Below, piece by piece: positions 28,550-39,662 of a DNA stretch of 64,000 bases. Every line of letters begins with the position of its first letter. The stretch's first letter is position 1. This DNA is from a virus (taxonomy: Duplodnaviria; Caudoviricetes). Under the pieces are notes generated by a model. That model was not told the DNA's origin. It did not search any database and saw only the letters and a program-made list of their open reading frames with translations. A program made the position numbers and the translations under genes. Location of the stretch: the IMG/VR virus record IMGVR_UViG_3300048598_000287, positions 192,001 to 256,000 of that record; one strand, written 5' to 3'.

Positions 28550-31437
28550 AATCCGAACACTTCCCGCCTCGCTTTAGTTTTGCGAAGTTTTTGCTTATCT
28601 TCCGACATCCTGGACTTTAGTTCTTCATCTTCCTTCTTGCGGGCCTTTGCCTCGATGGATTTTATCGACGGAGAACTGTTTCCATATAGGTTGATTCGCA
28701 AAGATGCTTCGGTTATCGATATTTTTTCCATTGCCGATTGTATGTTATCGGAATCCATGGAATTTGACAGCTTTGACGATATTATAGGAATAAGTTCCGA
28801 TGATATGGAAGAATCAAGAAGATCTATCCTTGACTTGACCATTGTTAGCAAGGATTTCAGATGAGTAGCGTAGTTGAACGTTATTCCTGAATTGATTGAT
28901 ATGTATTTTTTAATGTCGCCAATTTCAGACGCAGATATTATGCCATCCTCATCTGTTCCATTAGAATGCTTGATGAGATATATGGACCTAGCAAGAATAT
29001 CATACATCATGGCGTTGAATAAATATTCTTTTTCGCATGGGGATCCTCCATATGTATATCTTTTCCCGGTAAGGGTCATTTGTCCACTGGATATTAGGAT
29101 CAGTGTCTGAGCGGTAGGATATGTGTATGACTGTTCGAATGCTGGCGGGATGTCATCTGAATTCCGTATGGCATCATTATAAAGTCTTATTATGGATTCT
29201 ACCAAGGTTCCTATTGAAAGCACATGCTGCTTATGTTCGTCCTTTGCGTCTTCCGTTTCTGGAAGAGTCCTTGCAGAGAAAATCTTTTCAACTATTCGTA
29301 TTGTATCATTATCTTTTCCCAGTTCGGCATAGATGGATTGCTTTGTTTCTGCATTCATCTTTCCTGCCGCTTTTAATGTCTCCTGTATTTCATCGCATTT
29401 GTTATCGATGACCGTGTTATATTTTAACGATATGGATGAATAAAAGCCCTGCTGTGATACATTCCATTGATTCAGATGGCTATTTGAGCTGAGCGTTTGC
29501 TGTATGACGGACTTATAATTGGCGAGATCTTTCTTGGATATCTGGGTCGAGTTTATCGGAGATATGTTTTCTCCGATTCCCGAATTTATGACATCGATGA
29601 CTTCATTGAGAGTGCCGATTTTTTTAATACCATCCATGAACGGCGCCGCTGCGGCTTGCAAGGTTTTCAATAGAATGTCTTTTCCTTCCGCCAATGAAGG
29701 CTTATCTGGATACTGGATGTCTTCTTCTGAAAATGACCCTAGTTCACGCTGAGACATATGTCTCCAGGTATCATTCGTATTCATCGCATATCCACAATTA
29801 CGCATTGCGGTGGATATCGATTCATTATATCCTGACGGTATGGGCTTTCGTTTAATTGAATCAATTTTTTCCGGCGCATCGGACGATATGGATGCCTTTC
29901 TTTCATCTTCGTCTAGCATTTCATTGTTTTCAAGAAATTCTATTGTTACACTTAAATCGCTGTCTCCTGAATATGATGCTATTGGGATATATTCTCCATC
30001 TTCTGCAATTCTGATGATTTTCTCAACTACGCCGTCAAATCCGGACAGGTCATATGATATTCCGTTTCTTAATATTTTCGGATTGAACGATGATCCGCGA
30101 CGTAGATTTGCAACATCAAGTTTAGCCACTCTTGCCATGGCATATAGGGTTTTAGCAAAATTTGTCATTTCGGTTTCATTTCCGAATTCCACTGTTTTGT
30201 TATTTTGTAACTCATTTGAATAACCGTCAATGATCTGTTGTATTTCCACTTTTTTCTGGCATATGGGGGCATTACATTTTCCTGCAGGTTCTCCGGAAAG
30301 GATATTTTCCAGAGCGGATACATTCTCCGGCCCGGCAGACACGATTTGCCCTATTAGGGACATTATGACCGGAACAGCCATATGTTCGGAATCTTCCTTT
30401 CCTATGGAATCGTCTATATGACCATTTGTCACTGTTTCAAGCATCTTTCCTATGGCCATCTGCGGATTATTCGTTGGAGTAAGAGTTTCCGGCTGTGCAG
30501 TTATGTCAGTGTTGTCTGAATTACTAGATTCTGGACCGTAGGTCAATGAATTAAATACGGAAGATGACTCGCCATCATCATTTGTATGGGCCATCCCGGA
30601 TTCGGTATTATTGAATTCGTTCTTGCTGACGAACATCACGAAATAATTCTTGAACGCATCATACTGATCCTTTTCAAGGAGTATTTTTTTTCTCTGCCCG
30701 TCCATTATTTTTGGCGATGGCAATCCAAGAGGGGACATTATATTGTACATTACCTGCATGAACAGTTCTAGATTAGATTTTCCGCTGAATTGCTTATCTT
30801 CTTTTGCCAGGACAAGCTCTATGACTGGTATGGTAGTTCCATTTTCTCCACTACCGTTAGGGTTCATCTTGAATGTTCCGTCAAATCGGCTGTCTGCAAA
30901 GTTTTTAAGCGTATCCACTATGCTTCTTGCAGTTTTAATCGCGGTGCGGGTCTTGTCAATAGAAGCATATTTATATTTTTCGTCGAATGCAGCGAATTCA
31001 GATGATGCGAACACTGATTTTGTATATATAGAAACGAAATATCCAGCTAGTTCACCGCCTGTAGAAAGCGCATCTTGGACGAATGCTCTCGGTTGGAATG
31101 CTTTTATTGCATTGGCTATTTTTTTACCTTCATATAGACGGATCATTGATTTTGGCGTTTCTGGAAGAAATTTGAATGATGAATCCGATTTGCTAGGATC
31201 CGTTAGGGATGGAATTATAGCATTCAACGAAAGCCGTTTCTTTATCTCTCCTATGCTGGCAGATGATGTTTTCTTATCGGTGTTTCCAACCATGGCGTTG
31301 ATTATTTCGTCGGTGAGAAGATCGACGGTTTCCGGGGTATAGAGCTCGTTAAGATATCCATTATGCAGTTCCTTTCCCGGAATCGTGGTTCTTATATAAT
31401 ATATCAATGCATATAGTTTTTGAAGAGTATTGAACAT
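28546..31437 (-). CDS. Large hypothetical late protein (963 aa)
   Basis: Long ORF downstream of TATAAACTA (31464-31472). Confidence 0.7.
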   Translation of the reverse strand: MFNTLQKLYALIYYIRTTIPGKELHNGYLNELYTPETVDLLTDEIINAMVGNTDKKTSSASIGEIKKRLSLNAIIPSLTDPSKSDSSFKFLPETPKSMIRLYEGKKIANAIKAFQPRAFVQDALSTGGELAGYFVSIYTKSVFASSEFAAFDEKYKYASIDKTRTAIKTARSIVDTLKNFADSRFDGTFKMNPNGSGENGTTIPVIELVLAKEDKQFSGKSNLELFMQVMYNIMSPLGLPSPKIMDGQRKKILLEKDQYDAFKNYFVMFVSKNEFNNTESGMAHTNDDGESSSVFNSLTYGPESSNSDNTDITAQPETLTPTNNPQMAIGKMLETVTNGHIDDSIGKEDSEHMAVPVIMSLIGQIVSAGPENVSALENILSGEPAGKCNAPICQKKVEIQQIIDGYSNELQNNKTVEFGNETEMTNFAKTLYAMARVAKLDVANLRRGSSFNPKILRNGISYDLSGFDGVVEKIIRIAEDGEYIPIASYSGDSDLSVTIEFLENNEMLDEDERKASISSDAPEKIDSIKRKPIPSGYNESISTAMRNCGYAMNTNDTWRHMSQRELGSFSEEDIQYPDKPSLAEGKDILLKTLQAAAAPFMDGIKKIGTLNEVIDVINSGIGENISPINSTQISKKDLANYKSVIQQTLSSNSHLNQWNVSQQGFYSSISLKYNTVIDNKCDEIQETLKAAGKMNAETKQSIYAELGKDNDTIRIVEKIFSARTLPETEDAKDEHKQHVLSIGTLVESIIRLYNDAIRNSDDIPPAFEQSYTYPTAQTLILISSGQMTLTGKRYTYGGSPCEKEYLFNAMMYDILARSIYLIKHSNGTDEDGIISASEIGDIKKYISINSGITFNYATHLKSLLTMVKSRIDLLDSSISSELIPIISSKLSNSMDSDNIQSAMEKISITEASLRINLYGNSSPSIKSIEAKARKKEDEELKSRMSEDKQKLRKTKARREVFGF

Positions 31438-31463
31438 CCGAAATCTCGGCTTAACGTCGAAGA

Positions 31464-31472
31464 TAGTTTATA
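31464..31472 (-). promoter_or_regulatory. Late promoter motif TATAAACTA
   Basis: Upstream of the 963 aa gene. Confidence 0.75.
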
Positions 31473-31542
31473 TATGCGGCGTGCCGGAATTGCTTCAGAA
31501 TAATGTATATTCCAATATAGCGGAACATGCGGGAAAATACTT

Positions 31543-32928
31543 ATGTCATATGAAGTAGAAACATATAAATACGATACACGCCGGCTGATGGTTGTCGATT
31601 GGTCGAGCGTTGCATACCAGAACATTTTTTCCATAGGATCCGGAAGAAATGCGGGAAAATATGGGGTGCTTACTCAGGAAGATGAACTTCGCCTATGGCG
31701 AAACAAGATGGTAGTTTCTATGTATGAATTCATCCAGGCGTTTAATCCACTGAATATAATAATAGCGGTAGATGGAGAATCTTGGAGAAAATCGTATGTA
31801 AAGCAATATTATAATGACAATGCCATTGTATATTACGATGATCATGCGATGTATACTGAAGCTGATAATTATGGCTATAAGATAATGAAATGCGGTGAAA
31901 CATATATAGTTGAACGTGTTGAAACCAAGAAGTTTTCAATATTCAGGAATCTTAAGCATTGCTTTCTTGGGCAGCTTCCTGCTGACAAAAATGCGCTTAT
32001 ATGGAACCTGTATGAAAAGGAAAGCAGACCGATAATTCATTCATATAAAGGAAAACGTAAGTTTTCTATGTGGGACGTGGTTACTCCTAAGGATGTATGG
32101 AGGAAACATAAGGATGAATTTGCATTCACTATCAGTAAATTTTTCCGCTCTATCCCGATCAGGGTATCTGGTGCCGAAGGCGATGACGTGATATATAATT
32201 CTGTCCAGGCGCTTAAGAATGAATATCAAAGCATTGTCATAGTCACCCGGGACAGTGATATGCTTCAGATAGATGTTCCTAATCTTAAAATATATGACCA
32301 TCTGAATGATAATTTCATGACATGCACATCGCCCAGCGAATATCTTGCCACTAAGATTTTACGTGGAGATTCCAGTGATAATATTCAGGGAATGTCAATA
32401 GATGATCCAAAGAATCCTGGATTTCCGAAATCAAAACAGATCGGGGAAAAGGGGGCAAAGACGCTTTTGGAATCCGGTGAGAATGTGTATGAAAAGGCTA
32501 AGCGAGAAGGATGGCTTAAACAATACACGCGTAATGCTGACCTTATAGATCTTAGTCATACCCCAGAATCTATTAAAGAAAAAATTGCAGAATTATGCAT
32601 ATTTTCTCCGAACCCCCCAGATGACATTAATGGCATGTCCAGTCTTGGGATAACGCAGAAAGTAATTGATTTATGCATAAATCTTAGGAGCAGGGGATTT
32701 TATTCTTTTCTTCCCGCCGACTGCGCATCGTCAGTAAATATATCATTTGAAAATGAACGTAAACAGCAGGAAGCACATATTGAAAACATAAAGGACGCAA
32801 TGACATCCCCAATATCGGCGCCTTCTGTTGATGATATAGTGTCGCATATGTCGCCTGAAAATGATATGATAAGGGATTTCAAGAAGATAGATGTTTTCCC
32901 TGATCCGCTTGGCGAAGTGCCGTTTTGA
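31543..32928 (+). CDS. rnh: 5'-3' exonuclease / T4 RNase H-like
   Basis: VVDWS, YKGKR, EGDD, RDSDMLQ and GDSSDNIQG motifs. Confidence 0.88.
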   Translation: MSYEVETYKYDTRRLMVVDWSSVAYQNIFSIGSGRNAGKYGVLTQEDELRLWRNKMVVSMYEFIQAFNPLNIIIAVDGESWRKSYVKQYYNDNAIVYYDDHAMYTEADNYGYKIMKCGETYIVERVETKKFSIFRNLKHCFLGQLPADKNALIWNLYEKESRPIIHSYKGKRKFSMWDVVTPKDVWRKHKDEFAFTISKFFRSIPIRVSGAEGDDVIYNSVQALKNEYQSIVIVTRDSDMLQIDVPNLKIYDHLNDNFMTCTSPSEYLATKILRGDSSDNIQGMSIDDPKNPGFPKSKQIGEKGAKTLLESGENVYEKAKREGWLKQYTRNADLIDLSHTPESIKEKIAELCIFSPNPPDDINGMSSLGITQKVIDLCINLRSRGFYSFLPADCASSVNISFENERKQQEAHIENIKDAMTSPISAPSVDDIVSHMSPENDMIRDFKKIDVFPDPLGEVPF

Positions 32929-32962
32929 CAAAATGTATTTTAATATGAAATGAGGAATTATT

Positions 32963-34156
32963 ATGAATCCTAGCGTATGTTTGTTATCAAGAATATCTAG
33001 TCAGTCTAAAGATGATTTTATGCGGTGGTGTGCATATCATTCCACCATTGGATTCCGGAAAATTTATATTTTTTCGGATATTCAGCCTGAATGGTATGAA
33101 GAGGCTAAAAAAGAAATTATTGAAAAGTATCATGACTTTTCTTTTATCCGTGTTGACGTGAAGTGGAAAAGAATGAGCGAAATGATCCGTTCATTTTGCC
33201 AGCATTGCGTTAACGGTGATTGGGGAATGGTCATGTCTACCGACGAATGGCTGTTTTCTTCTAAGAAAGCCGAATTTGACATAAGGAAGCTGATATCATA
33301 TGTGATTCAGAGAAATCATGCACATGCGGTTACCATATATAAAGAATATGTCCGTAAAACGGATTCCGGATTTATGTCAAAGAATTATGGGACATATTCG
33401 CTTAATACCGGCAAATTTCCCGTATCAAGTTCGGTTCTGTTCAGTGTTCAGGATGCTAATTCTAATCCTCTTTCCGGGCCGGCGATGCCTTCAGAAAGAG
33501 ATCTATGGATTGACACCAGATGGGAAAAAATGACGCAGAACCGACTTATGTCGGAGATGCCTGAATTTTCCAAGTGTTCGGTAAAAATAATGAAAGTTGT
33601 TTCCGATGAGGACATAAATGATGCAGGAGCAGAATCTGAATTCAATTTTAATGAAATCCAGTTTGGCACGTATTTTTCTGGCAAATTTCCTGATGTTTTT
33701 TCCACGAATCCGTCTAGTCCTGTTATTGAAGATGTAATTAAATCTGATCCGTCTATTAAGAATGAAAATATACCGTTTACAGACGACGGCGCAGTGATAG
33801 GTAAGGTGCTTACCGGAATAATGCAGGAAGAATCACTCGAAGGCATCATCAATGACATGAAATCATATCCCATTCATGTAAGTGAATCTGATTTGAAGCT
33901 GATATATGAACGAGAGGCCCGCAATGTAATCCGTGATAATGCGCCATATAGGACCCTTCTTGAAATGCTGTCAAAAGGCGCTAAGCAGAAAGATATTTTG
34001 AAGGCTATTAGAGTATCCCCAAAGACGCTTAAAAAGATGAAAGGAATTCTTGAAACAATTCCTGCTGTGATCAAGAATGAATTTTCTGATGAACCAGAAC
34101 CGGCATCTTTTAATAAAGAAGAGGAAATCGGAAGCTCTTCAAAAGATGAGATGTGA
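32963..34156 (+). CDS. Hypothetical protein with GT2/GT92-like N-terminus and possible C-terminal HTH
   Basis: WCAYHSTIGFRKIYIF and STDEWL resemble glycosyltransferase motifs (degenerate DxD); QKDILKAIRVSPKTL is HTH-like. Confidence 0.45.
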   Translation: MNPSVCLLSRISSQSKDDFMRWCAYHSTIGFRKIYIFSDIQPEWYEEAKKEIIEKYHDFSFIRVDVKWKRMSEMIRSFCQHCVNGDWGMVMSTDEWLFSSKKAEFDIRKLISYVIQRNHAHAVTIYKEYVRKTDSGFMSKNYGTYSLNTGKFPVSSSVLFSVQDANSNPLSGPAMPSERDLWIDTRWEKMTQNRLMSEMPEFSKCSVKIMKVVSDEDINDAGAESEFNFNEIQFGTYFSGKFPDVFSTNPSSPVIEDVIKSDPSIKNENIPFTDDGAVIGKVLTGIMQEESLEGIINDMKSYPIHVSESDLKLIYEREARNVIRDNAPYRTLLEMLSKGAKQKDILKAIRVSPKTLKKMKGILETIPAVIKNEFSDEPEPASFNKEEEIGSSSKDEM

Positions 34157-34221
34157 TCGGATGAAAAACGTATTTTAATCATGATCGGCAATGTCGCCGG
34201 CATAATATTAACGGATGGATT

Positions 34222-35475
34222 ATGGCAAAGAAAAAGGATGCAAAAGAAGCAATTGACGATGAATTTTCATTTTTTGACAAGGTAAAGACACTTGATAAAT
34301 ATGTCGATGCCGGGTATGAAATGGAAGACTACGGAACGATAGATAGTGGATCGTATGCCCTTAATGCTGCCCTTAGTGGTGATATTTTCGGCGGATTTAA
34401 TCTTAATAAGCTAGTGATGGCAGCAGGCCTGAAGGGTTCCGGAAAATCATTCATCGGAAAATTCCATTATGCCAAACAGCTTATTGACAAGGGATATTTC
34501 ATATATTATTATGATTCTGAAAATGAATGTACGGAAAAGGATCTAATAAATAAGTTCGGATTCATCCCGCATCACTTTAAGCTTATTCCGATTAATACCA
34601 TAGAATTCCTTACAGAATCCGTAATGGGACTTATAACCCAGTTTGAAGAAGATAAGGGAGCCAGTTACAAGAATAAACGTAAGGTGGCGATCGTTATTGA
34701 TTCCCAGGGAATGCTCACCACTGAAAAGACTAAGGAAGACGTAGCAAAGGGAAGCAATAAACAGGACATGACAGGAGCTAAGCTTCTGAAACGTTTTTAT
34801 AAGCTAGTTACCGTGCGTCTTGGACGCCTGGGAATTCCTGCTTATATAACGAACCATATGTATAAAGATCCTTCCATTATGTATGGTGATCCGACATCTA
34901 TCGCTGGCGGAGAAGGTGCGCTGTATGCATGCAGCACCATCTTCAAGCTTACAAAGACGTATGGAAAGAAGGATGAAAATAGCGGGGAAGTCCCATATGT
35001 AGTACTCAATGCCCTGGTAGTGAAGTCCAGAACATGTAAGGAAAAGTGGGGTGTTCCTATCCTTCTTGATTATAAGACTGGCCTTAACAGATATTATGGA
35101 CTGCAACGGTTTGCACAGGATGCCGGACTTATTTGCGAATATTCAGCAAAGGAATATCCTGAGCTGCCACAGCCTGTGGTAAATGGAAGAAAATTCGCGG
35201 GAAAGAGCTGGGTAATCATGGATCCAAAGATTCCTGAAGGCGAACGAAAAGTTTGCCCTGAAAAGGATCTGTATCGCGGAGATGCAATCGGGACCATCCT
35301 TAATGAGATAAATGCGTATGTCATCGAGAATTATAAGCTTCATTCTCCCAGCGAGTTCAATTACAAATCGTCTGATGACATTGAACTTGCATTCACGGAT
35401 GACGATGTAAGCAAGGCGGAAACCGAGATCGAGCAGAAAAATGAGGCAGATGCCACGCCGCGAAATGATGATTGA
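34222..35475 (+). CDS. uvsX: RecA-like recombinase UvsX
   Basis: DSGSYALNAALSG, GLKGSGKS, YYDSE, IDSQGML, TNHMY and AGGEG motifs. Confidence 0.92.
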   Translation: MAKKKDAKEAIDDEFSFFDKVKTLDKYVDAGYEMEDYGTIDSGSYALNAALSGDIFGGFNLNKLVMAAGLKGSGKSFIGKFHYAKQLIDKGYFIYYYDSENECTEKDLINKFGFIPHHFKLIPINTIEFLTESVMGLITQFEEDKGASYKNKRKVAIVIDSQGMLTTEKTKEDVAKGSNKQDMTGAKLLKRFYKLVTVRLGRLGIPAYITNHMYKDPSIMYGDPTSIAGGEGALYACSTIFKLTKTYGKKDENSGEVPYVVLNALVVKSRTCKEKWGVPILLDYKTGLNRYYGLQRFAQDAGLICEYSAKEYPELPQPVVNGRKFAGKSWVIMDPKIPEGERKVCPEKDLYRGDAIGTILNEINAYVIENYKLHSPSEFNYKSSDDIELAFTDDDVSKAETEIEQKNEADATPRNDD

Positions 35476-35480
35476 TCATG

Positions 35481-35505
35481 AAAGAGGCCATCAGGCCTCT
35501 TTTTT
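35481..35505 (+). terminator. Intrinsic terminator
   Basis: aaagaggcc-atca-ggcctctttttt. Confidence 0.8.
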
Positions 35506-35566
35506 CTATTGCAAAAGTCACCGGATGTTCTATATTTGTATCATATTTAATTGATGGGTAAATATT

Positions 35567-37054
35567 ATGGTAGTTTCTGATCTGAGCGATTCCGAATATG
35601 TGCTGCGCTGTTTTTTTGAAGATGAAAATATACGCCTACACATCGTTGATAAGATGAAAGAAGAATATTTTGATGACAAGGGGGACAAACAACTAGTCTC
35701 GTTGATAAATATGTTTGCAAAGAAATACAAGAGATACCCAAGCGCACAGGAACTTATAACAGGGCTTAATCAGAATGCCGGATATGGAGAAGATGCCAAG
35801 GCGAAGCTTCTTAGGATAACTAAAGATATAGGACATATAGATCCAGAGTATCGAAAGACTCTTATCGAGAACTATTTTCAGTTCACTATTTCGCAAAATA
35901 TGATGGAAGAATATGCATTATCAATGCATGACAAAAATCCGGAAAACATGCGCGCCATTATGCCTAAGATGCGGGAAGCTCTTAATTTCAGGCTTAACGT
36001 GGACATGGGACTTCATTATATCAGGGATGTATCCATTGCCAAAAGGGCTCTTGGCGATATGACGAAGAGCATTCCTTCATGCATCGGAGAAATAAGAAAA
36101 TACACGAGCGAGACTCCCGATGCAAAGGATACATGTGGAGGATATTTTAGAAAATGCCTATCAGTAGTTGGCGGAACATCTGGCGGTGGAAAGTCTATGT
36201 TCATGGTGAACGAGGCGGCATATGCCGCTGTCATGGGATATAATGTTGTGTATATCAGCCTTGAACTTGATGCGGCAAAAATATGGGAACGCGTCACCAG
36301 CGCAATAATTGATGTTTCACGCTATGAGATAATGGAAATGAGCGATGATGCCATAACAGTTAAGCTAGAAAACGCTCATGATAACTCAATACCTCATCCC
36401 GGAAATCTGTTCATAAAATGGATGGCGACAAGAAAGACCACGCCATGCGATATAGAGTCTTATCTAAATGAACTGGAACAGGCAGAAAATATAAAGGTAG
36501 ATTTACTTGTGGTTGATTATATAGGAATAATGAGTCCGGATCATGGTACGGTGCCGGCAAACGCCGGATCATATGACAGAATTCTTTATTCGGCTGAGCA
36601 ACTTAGAAATATCGCGGTAAATCGTGATATGGCCGCTCTTACCGGAACACAGCTGCAGAGAAGCGGATACCGTATCAAAGATGTGGGATTGGACAATACG
36701 TCTGAATCAATGGGTCTTCCTAACACATCTGATCTTTATATTTGTATAGTTCATGATGTTGCAATGAAGAAAGCCGGATATCTGTGCTATACCATATCAA
36801 AGAACCGGTTCGGATCTAGCGACGTTAATTTCTATACAAAAGTAAATTGGGCTCATATGAGAATATCTGATATAGATGAGGATGACATGCAGATTATAAA
36901 TCAGATAACGATGGAACAGGAAACTAAATCTGCGATGAACATGCCAGGACAATATCCTGCTAGACCACAGCAGCCTAAAGCAGGTAATCAGGACATTTCA
37001 TCCATCCAGGATAAAAAACCAGGACACCCCATTAATATTGCGAAGCTGTATTAA
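35567..37054 (+). CDS. Replicative DnaB-like helicase, T4 gp41-like
   Basis: GTSGGGKS, YISLEL, VVDYIGIM, TQLQR, SESMGLP and KNRFG motifs. Confidence 0.92.
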   Translation: MVVSDLSDSEYVLRCFFEDENIRLHIVDKMKEEYFDDKGDKQLVSLINMFAKKYKRYPSAQELITGLNQNAGYGEDAKAKLLRITKDIGHIDPEYRKTLIENYFQFTISQNMMEEYALSMHDKNPENMRAIMPKMREALNFRLNVDMGLHYIRDVSIAKRALGDMTKSIPSCIGEIRKYTSETPDAKDTCGGYFRKCLSVVGGTSGGGKSMFMVNEAAYAAVMGYNVVYISLELDAAKIWERVTSAIIDVSRYEIMEMSDDAITVKLENAHDNSIPHPGNLFIKWMATRKTTPCDIESYLNELEQAENIKVDLLVVDYIGIMSPDHGTVPANAGSYDRILYSAEQLRNIAVNRDMAALTGTQLQRSGYRIKDVGLDNTSESMGLPNTSDLYICIVHDVAMKKAGYLCYTISKNRFGSSDVNFYTKVNWAHMRISDIDEDDMQIINQITMEQETKSAMNMPGQYPARPQQPKAGNQDISSIQDKKPGHPINIAKLY

Positions 37055-37082
37055 AATGGAAAAAAATATATTTTAATTAAAA

Positions 37083-37520
37083 ATGTATAGGGCCGCTATG
37101 TTTTCGATATTGGATGACGTGCAGAAAGAAAATATTTGCAATAGAATAGAGATTATGTTCGCTACACCGTCGATTAAGGATGGTGCATGCGGGATATTTA
37201 CAATGCCCGAAGTCCTTATAAAAGAGCGGGCCGCATATTTTAACGAATGCATTTTGACCGTCTATGAAGTTCTCCATTCAGGAGATTCCCATATCTGCAT
37301 GTTCGAAGTGATTTCGTCTCTTGACTCATTTTTTGACCTAGATTTTTTGGTTAAGAACGTTCTGTCAGAAGATATTCTTGATATCATAGTAGATGAGATA
37401 ATGGATGATCTTATGATAAATAATAAAATGTCTAGGCTTGACATTAGTAAATCAAGCCTTCCTCCATCCATACAGGAAAAGATAATGGAAAGATTTAATA
37501 AACGTGAGGAAAAGGTATGA
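37083..37520 (+). CDS. Hypothetical protein; possibly gp33-like late transcription co-activator
   Basis: The ORF is real-looking. The gp33 idea rests only on position near gp32 and a weak helical pattern. Confidence 0.35.
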   Translation: MYRAAMFSILDDVQKENICNRIEIMFATPSIKDGACGIFTMPEVLIKERAAYFNECILTVYEVLHSGDSHICMFEVISSLDSFFDLDFLVKNVLSEDILDIIVDEIMDDLMINNKMSRLDISKSSLPPSIQEKIMERFNKREEKV

Positions 37521-38218
37521 AAAATCATGTAATACGCAGTTCAGAACTTAAACAAATAACTGAATTTAAAGAAAAATCTAGTAAGCAGCTGAAATCATTA
37601 AATGATGATTTATACATTCTTGCTAATGGAGGTGGAAAATGCTCCTCCCTGGATAAGACGGCATTCATGCCTACAGGTCCTAAGGCATATCAGCTTACGG
37701 AAAGCAAACAATATCAAACCTGGCTTATCACTAGAAGGGAAGCTACTGGAAATCCCATGCTAGGAAAGGATTATTTTTCGGCGGCACCGGAATATGGAGA
37801 GACATCAGAAAAAGAATACGAAAAAGTGCTTAATGATAAAGAGTCCACCAATGTCGTTGAAGATTATGTGGATGAAACCGGAAAATCCAGCATCAGGATA
37901 AAAGAAGATTATGATCCTAACGGCGCCAATTCAGTGGATGATACCGAGGAAATGGGCGAAGATGAAAAGCAAGTATTTGATTTTGCTGCGATAAAGGATA
38001 CTGTCATAGGTCATCTTGAATGGAAAATGGATGATATAATGGATGCTGTAGAGGATGCCCTAGGAGAATTACACTCCGATGATGAAAATTACCATCAGCC
38101 AGAGAATCTTAGGTCGGTGGTGGAAGAAATGCAGCATATAGAAAAGGCTAAGCTTCTTACCTATAAGGAAGTCCACCCATCGCTTTTGCCGGATGAGTCA
38201 AATGTATCAAAAAAATAA
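37517..38218 (+). CDS. Hypothetical acidic protein (233 aa)
   Basis: Long ORF coupled to the previous gene. Confidence 0.7.
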   Translation: MKNHVIRSSELKQITEFKEKSSKQLKSLNDDLYILANGGGKCSSLDKTAFMPTGPKAYQLTESKQYQTWLITRREATGNPMLGKDYFSAAPEYGETSEKEYEKVLNDKESTNVVEDYVDETGKSSIRIKEDYDPNGANSVDDTEEMGEDEKQVFDFAAIKDTVIGHLEWKMDDIMDAVEDALGELHSDDENYHQPENLRSVVEEMQHIEKAKLLTYKEVHPSLLPDESNVSKK

Positions 38219-38326
38219 TATATATCTGATGCCATAAATGAAGCAAAAGTGAATAAATTATATGCGCACGACTATCGTGCATATAAACAATGTGCATGAT
38301 TTAATTTCAGTAGTAAAGGTAGTAAT

Positions 38327-39583
38327 ATGAATAATATGATTAATGCTGATATCGACCTGAATTATTCACCTACGAGTGATGCTTCAGGAATCCAGCAACC
38401 ACGTTCCACAGAGGAATCCGCCCAGAGAGATCCTAGACTCTGGTCTACATCTCTTACGGATGAAGTAAAGTCCTATTTTGCCCAACTCCGGATCCTTCCA
38501 AATCCAACACCAACGTCTGATGGAAAGGTTACCTTGAACGGATATCCGTCCAGATGTATTCAGAAGCATAAAATCCGTATTGGAAATTCTAAGTATTTGA
38601 CCGCAAAGTGCCTTAAGACTAATAATCCGGATGCATACTGCCCGTATTGTGACTGGGCATGGAAGCGGTATGATATGCTTAAGAAAGCTAATGAAAGCAA
38701 TCCGTCTGCGGAACTGTCTTCGGAGATCAAGAAAAATCTGCATAATCTCCCGTTTGAAGTATGGGCCAGCAATATTCTTCTCCGGAATGATCAGGTTCAT
38801 CCAGAACTGAATGGGCAGGTGAAAATCTGGGAACATTCGCAGAAGGTGAATGACATTATTGATTATCCGCGTAATCCGGAAGAAGTGGAAAAGCGTAAAG
38901 CGGCTAGAAAAAAGAAGACCATGGCTCCTGCAATTAATCCGCTTGCCTTGCAACAGGTAAAACGGTTTTATCCAGATCATCCAACTTCCGGGCATGACTT
39001 CATTGTTAGTTGCCGCGAATCTGACAATATCATCGATGGCAATAAGCGTCCGTTGGCTACTTATGAAGGAAGCGCATTTATTGATGATGCTAGTCCTATT
39101 GCCGCCACTCGTGAAGAGGCTATCGCAATCTTGAATCAATGTGTAAATTTGAATGATTATGCTGCAGAAGGTATAGAATCAGTAGAACAGGCTAAGGCAC
39201 ATCTGCATAACTGGCTTAGCTCTACTTCTGACGATGTGGAAACCGGTGCTGATAATGCTCAGCCTACTGGAAATGTTCCTGCTGCCAGGGCAAACCCTAA
39301 TGTGACTCCTGTTTCTGGAGCGGCATTCGCCCCTGGATACACAAAGCATCCGGCTGCTTCTTCGGTATCTGCGCCGAATAACCAATATGCTGCTCAAGCG
39401 GCGGCTCCTCAGACTGCGGATGATTGGCTGTCTGGAACACCGATATCTCCGGCTACCGTGAATAAGCCTGTTCCTGCGTCTAATATGGCAATGCCGGCGG
39501 CCCCTGCATATTCCGCTCCTGCTGGAACACCGATTAATCAACCGATGGCACCAGGCGGATTTACCGATGACCTGCCGTTTTGA
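38327..39583 (+). CDS. ssDNA-binding protein, T4 gp32-like
   Basis: LRILP, Zn-site-like H...CLKT...CPYC, NILLRNDQVHPELNGQVKIW; Pro/Ala linker and DDLPF tail. Confidence 0.85.
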   Translation: MNNMINADIDLNYSPTSDASGIQQPRSTEESAQRDPRLWSTSLTDEVKSYFAQLRILPNPTPTSDGKVTLNGYPSRCIQKHKIRIGNSKYLTAKCLKTNNPDAYCPYCDWAWKRYDMLKKANESNPSAELSSEIKKNLHNLPFEVWASNILLRNDQVHPELNGQVKIWEHSQKVNDIIDYPRNPEEVEKRKAARKKKTMAPAINPLALQQVKRFYPDHPTSGHDFIVSCRESDNIIDGNKRPLATYEGSAFIDDASPIAATREEAIAILNQCVNLNDYAAEGIESVEQAKAHLHNWLSSTSDDVETGADNAQPTGNVPAARANPNVTPVSGAAFAPGYTKHPAASSVSAPNNQYAAQAAAPQTADDWLSGTPISPATVNKPVPASNMAMPAAPAYSAPAGTPINQPMAPGGFTDDLPF

Positions 39584-39589
39584 TCAATG

Positions 39590-39618
39590 AAAAAGGGTGC
39601 GCCAAGCGCACCCTTTTT
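39590..39618 (+). terminator. Intrinsic terminator
   Basis: aaaaagggtgcgc-caa-gcgcacccttttt. Confidence 0.85.
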
Positions 39619-39662
39619 GTTGTAATGGAAAAATGTATTTTAAATAAAACAACGAGTATAAT

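Noticed and set aside
38384-39139. 251 aa minus-strand ORF
   Set aside because: Antisense to the well-supported gp32-like gene.
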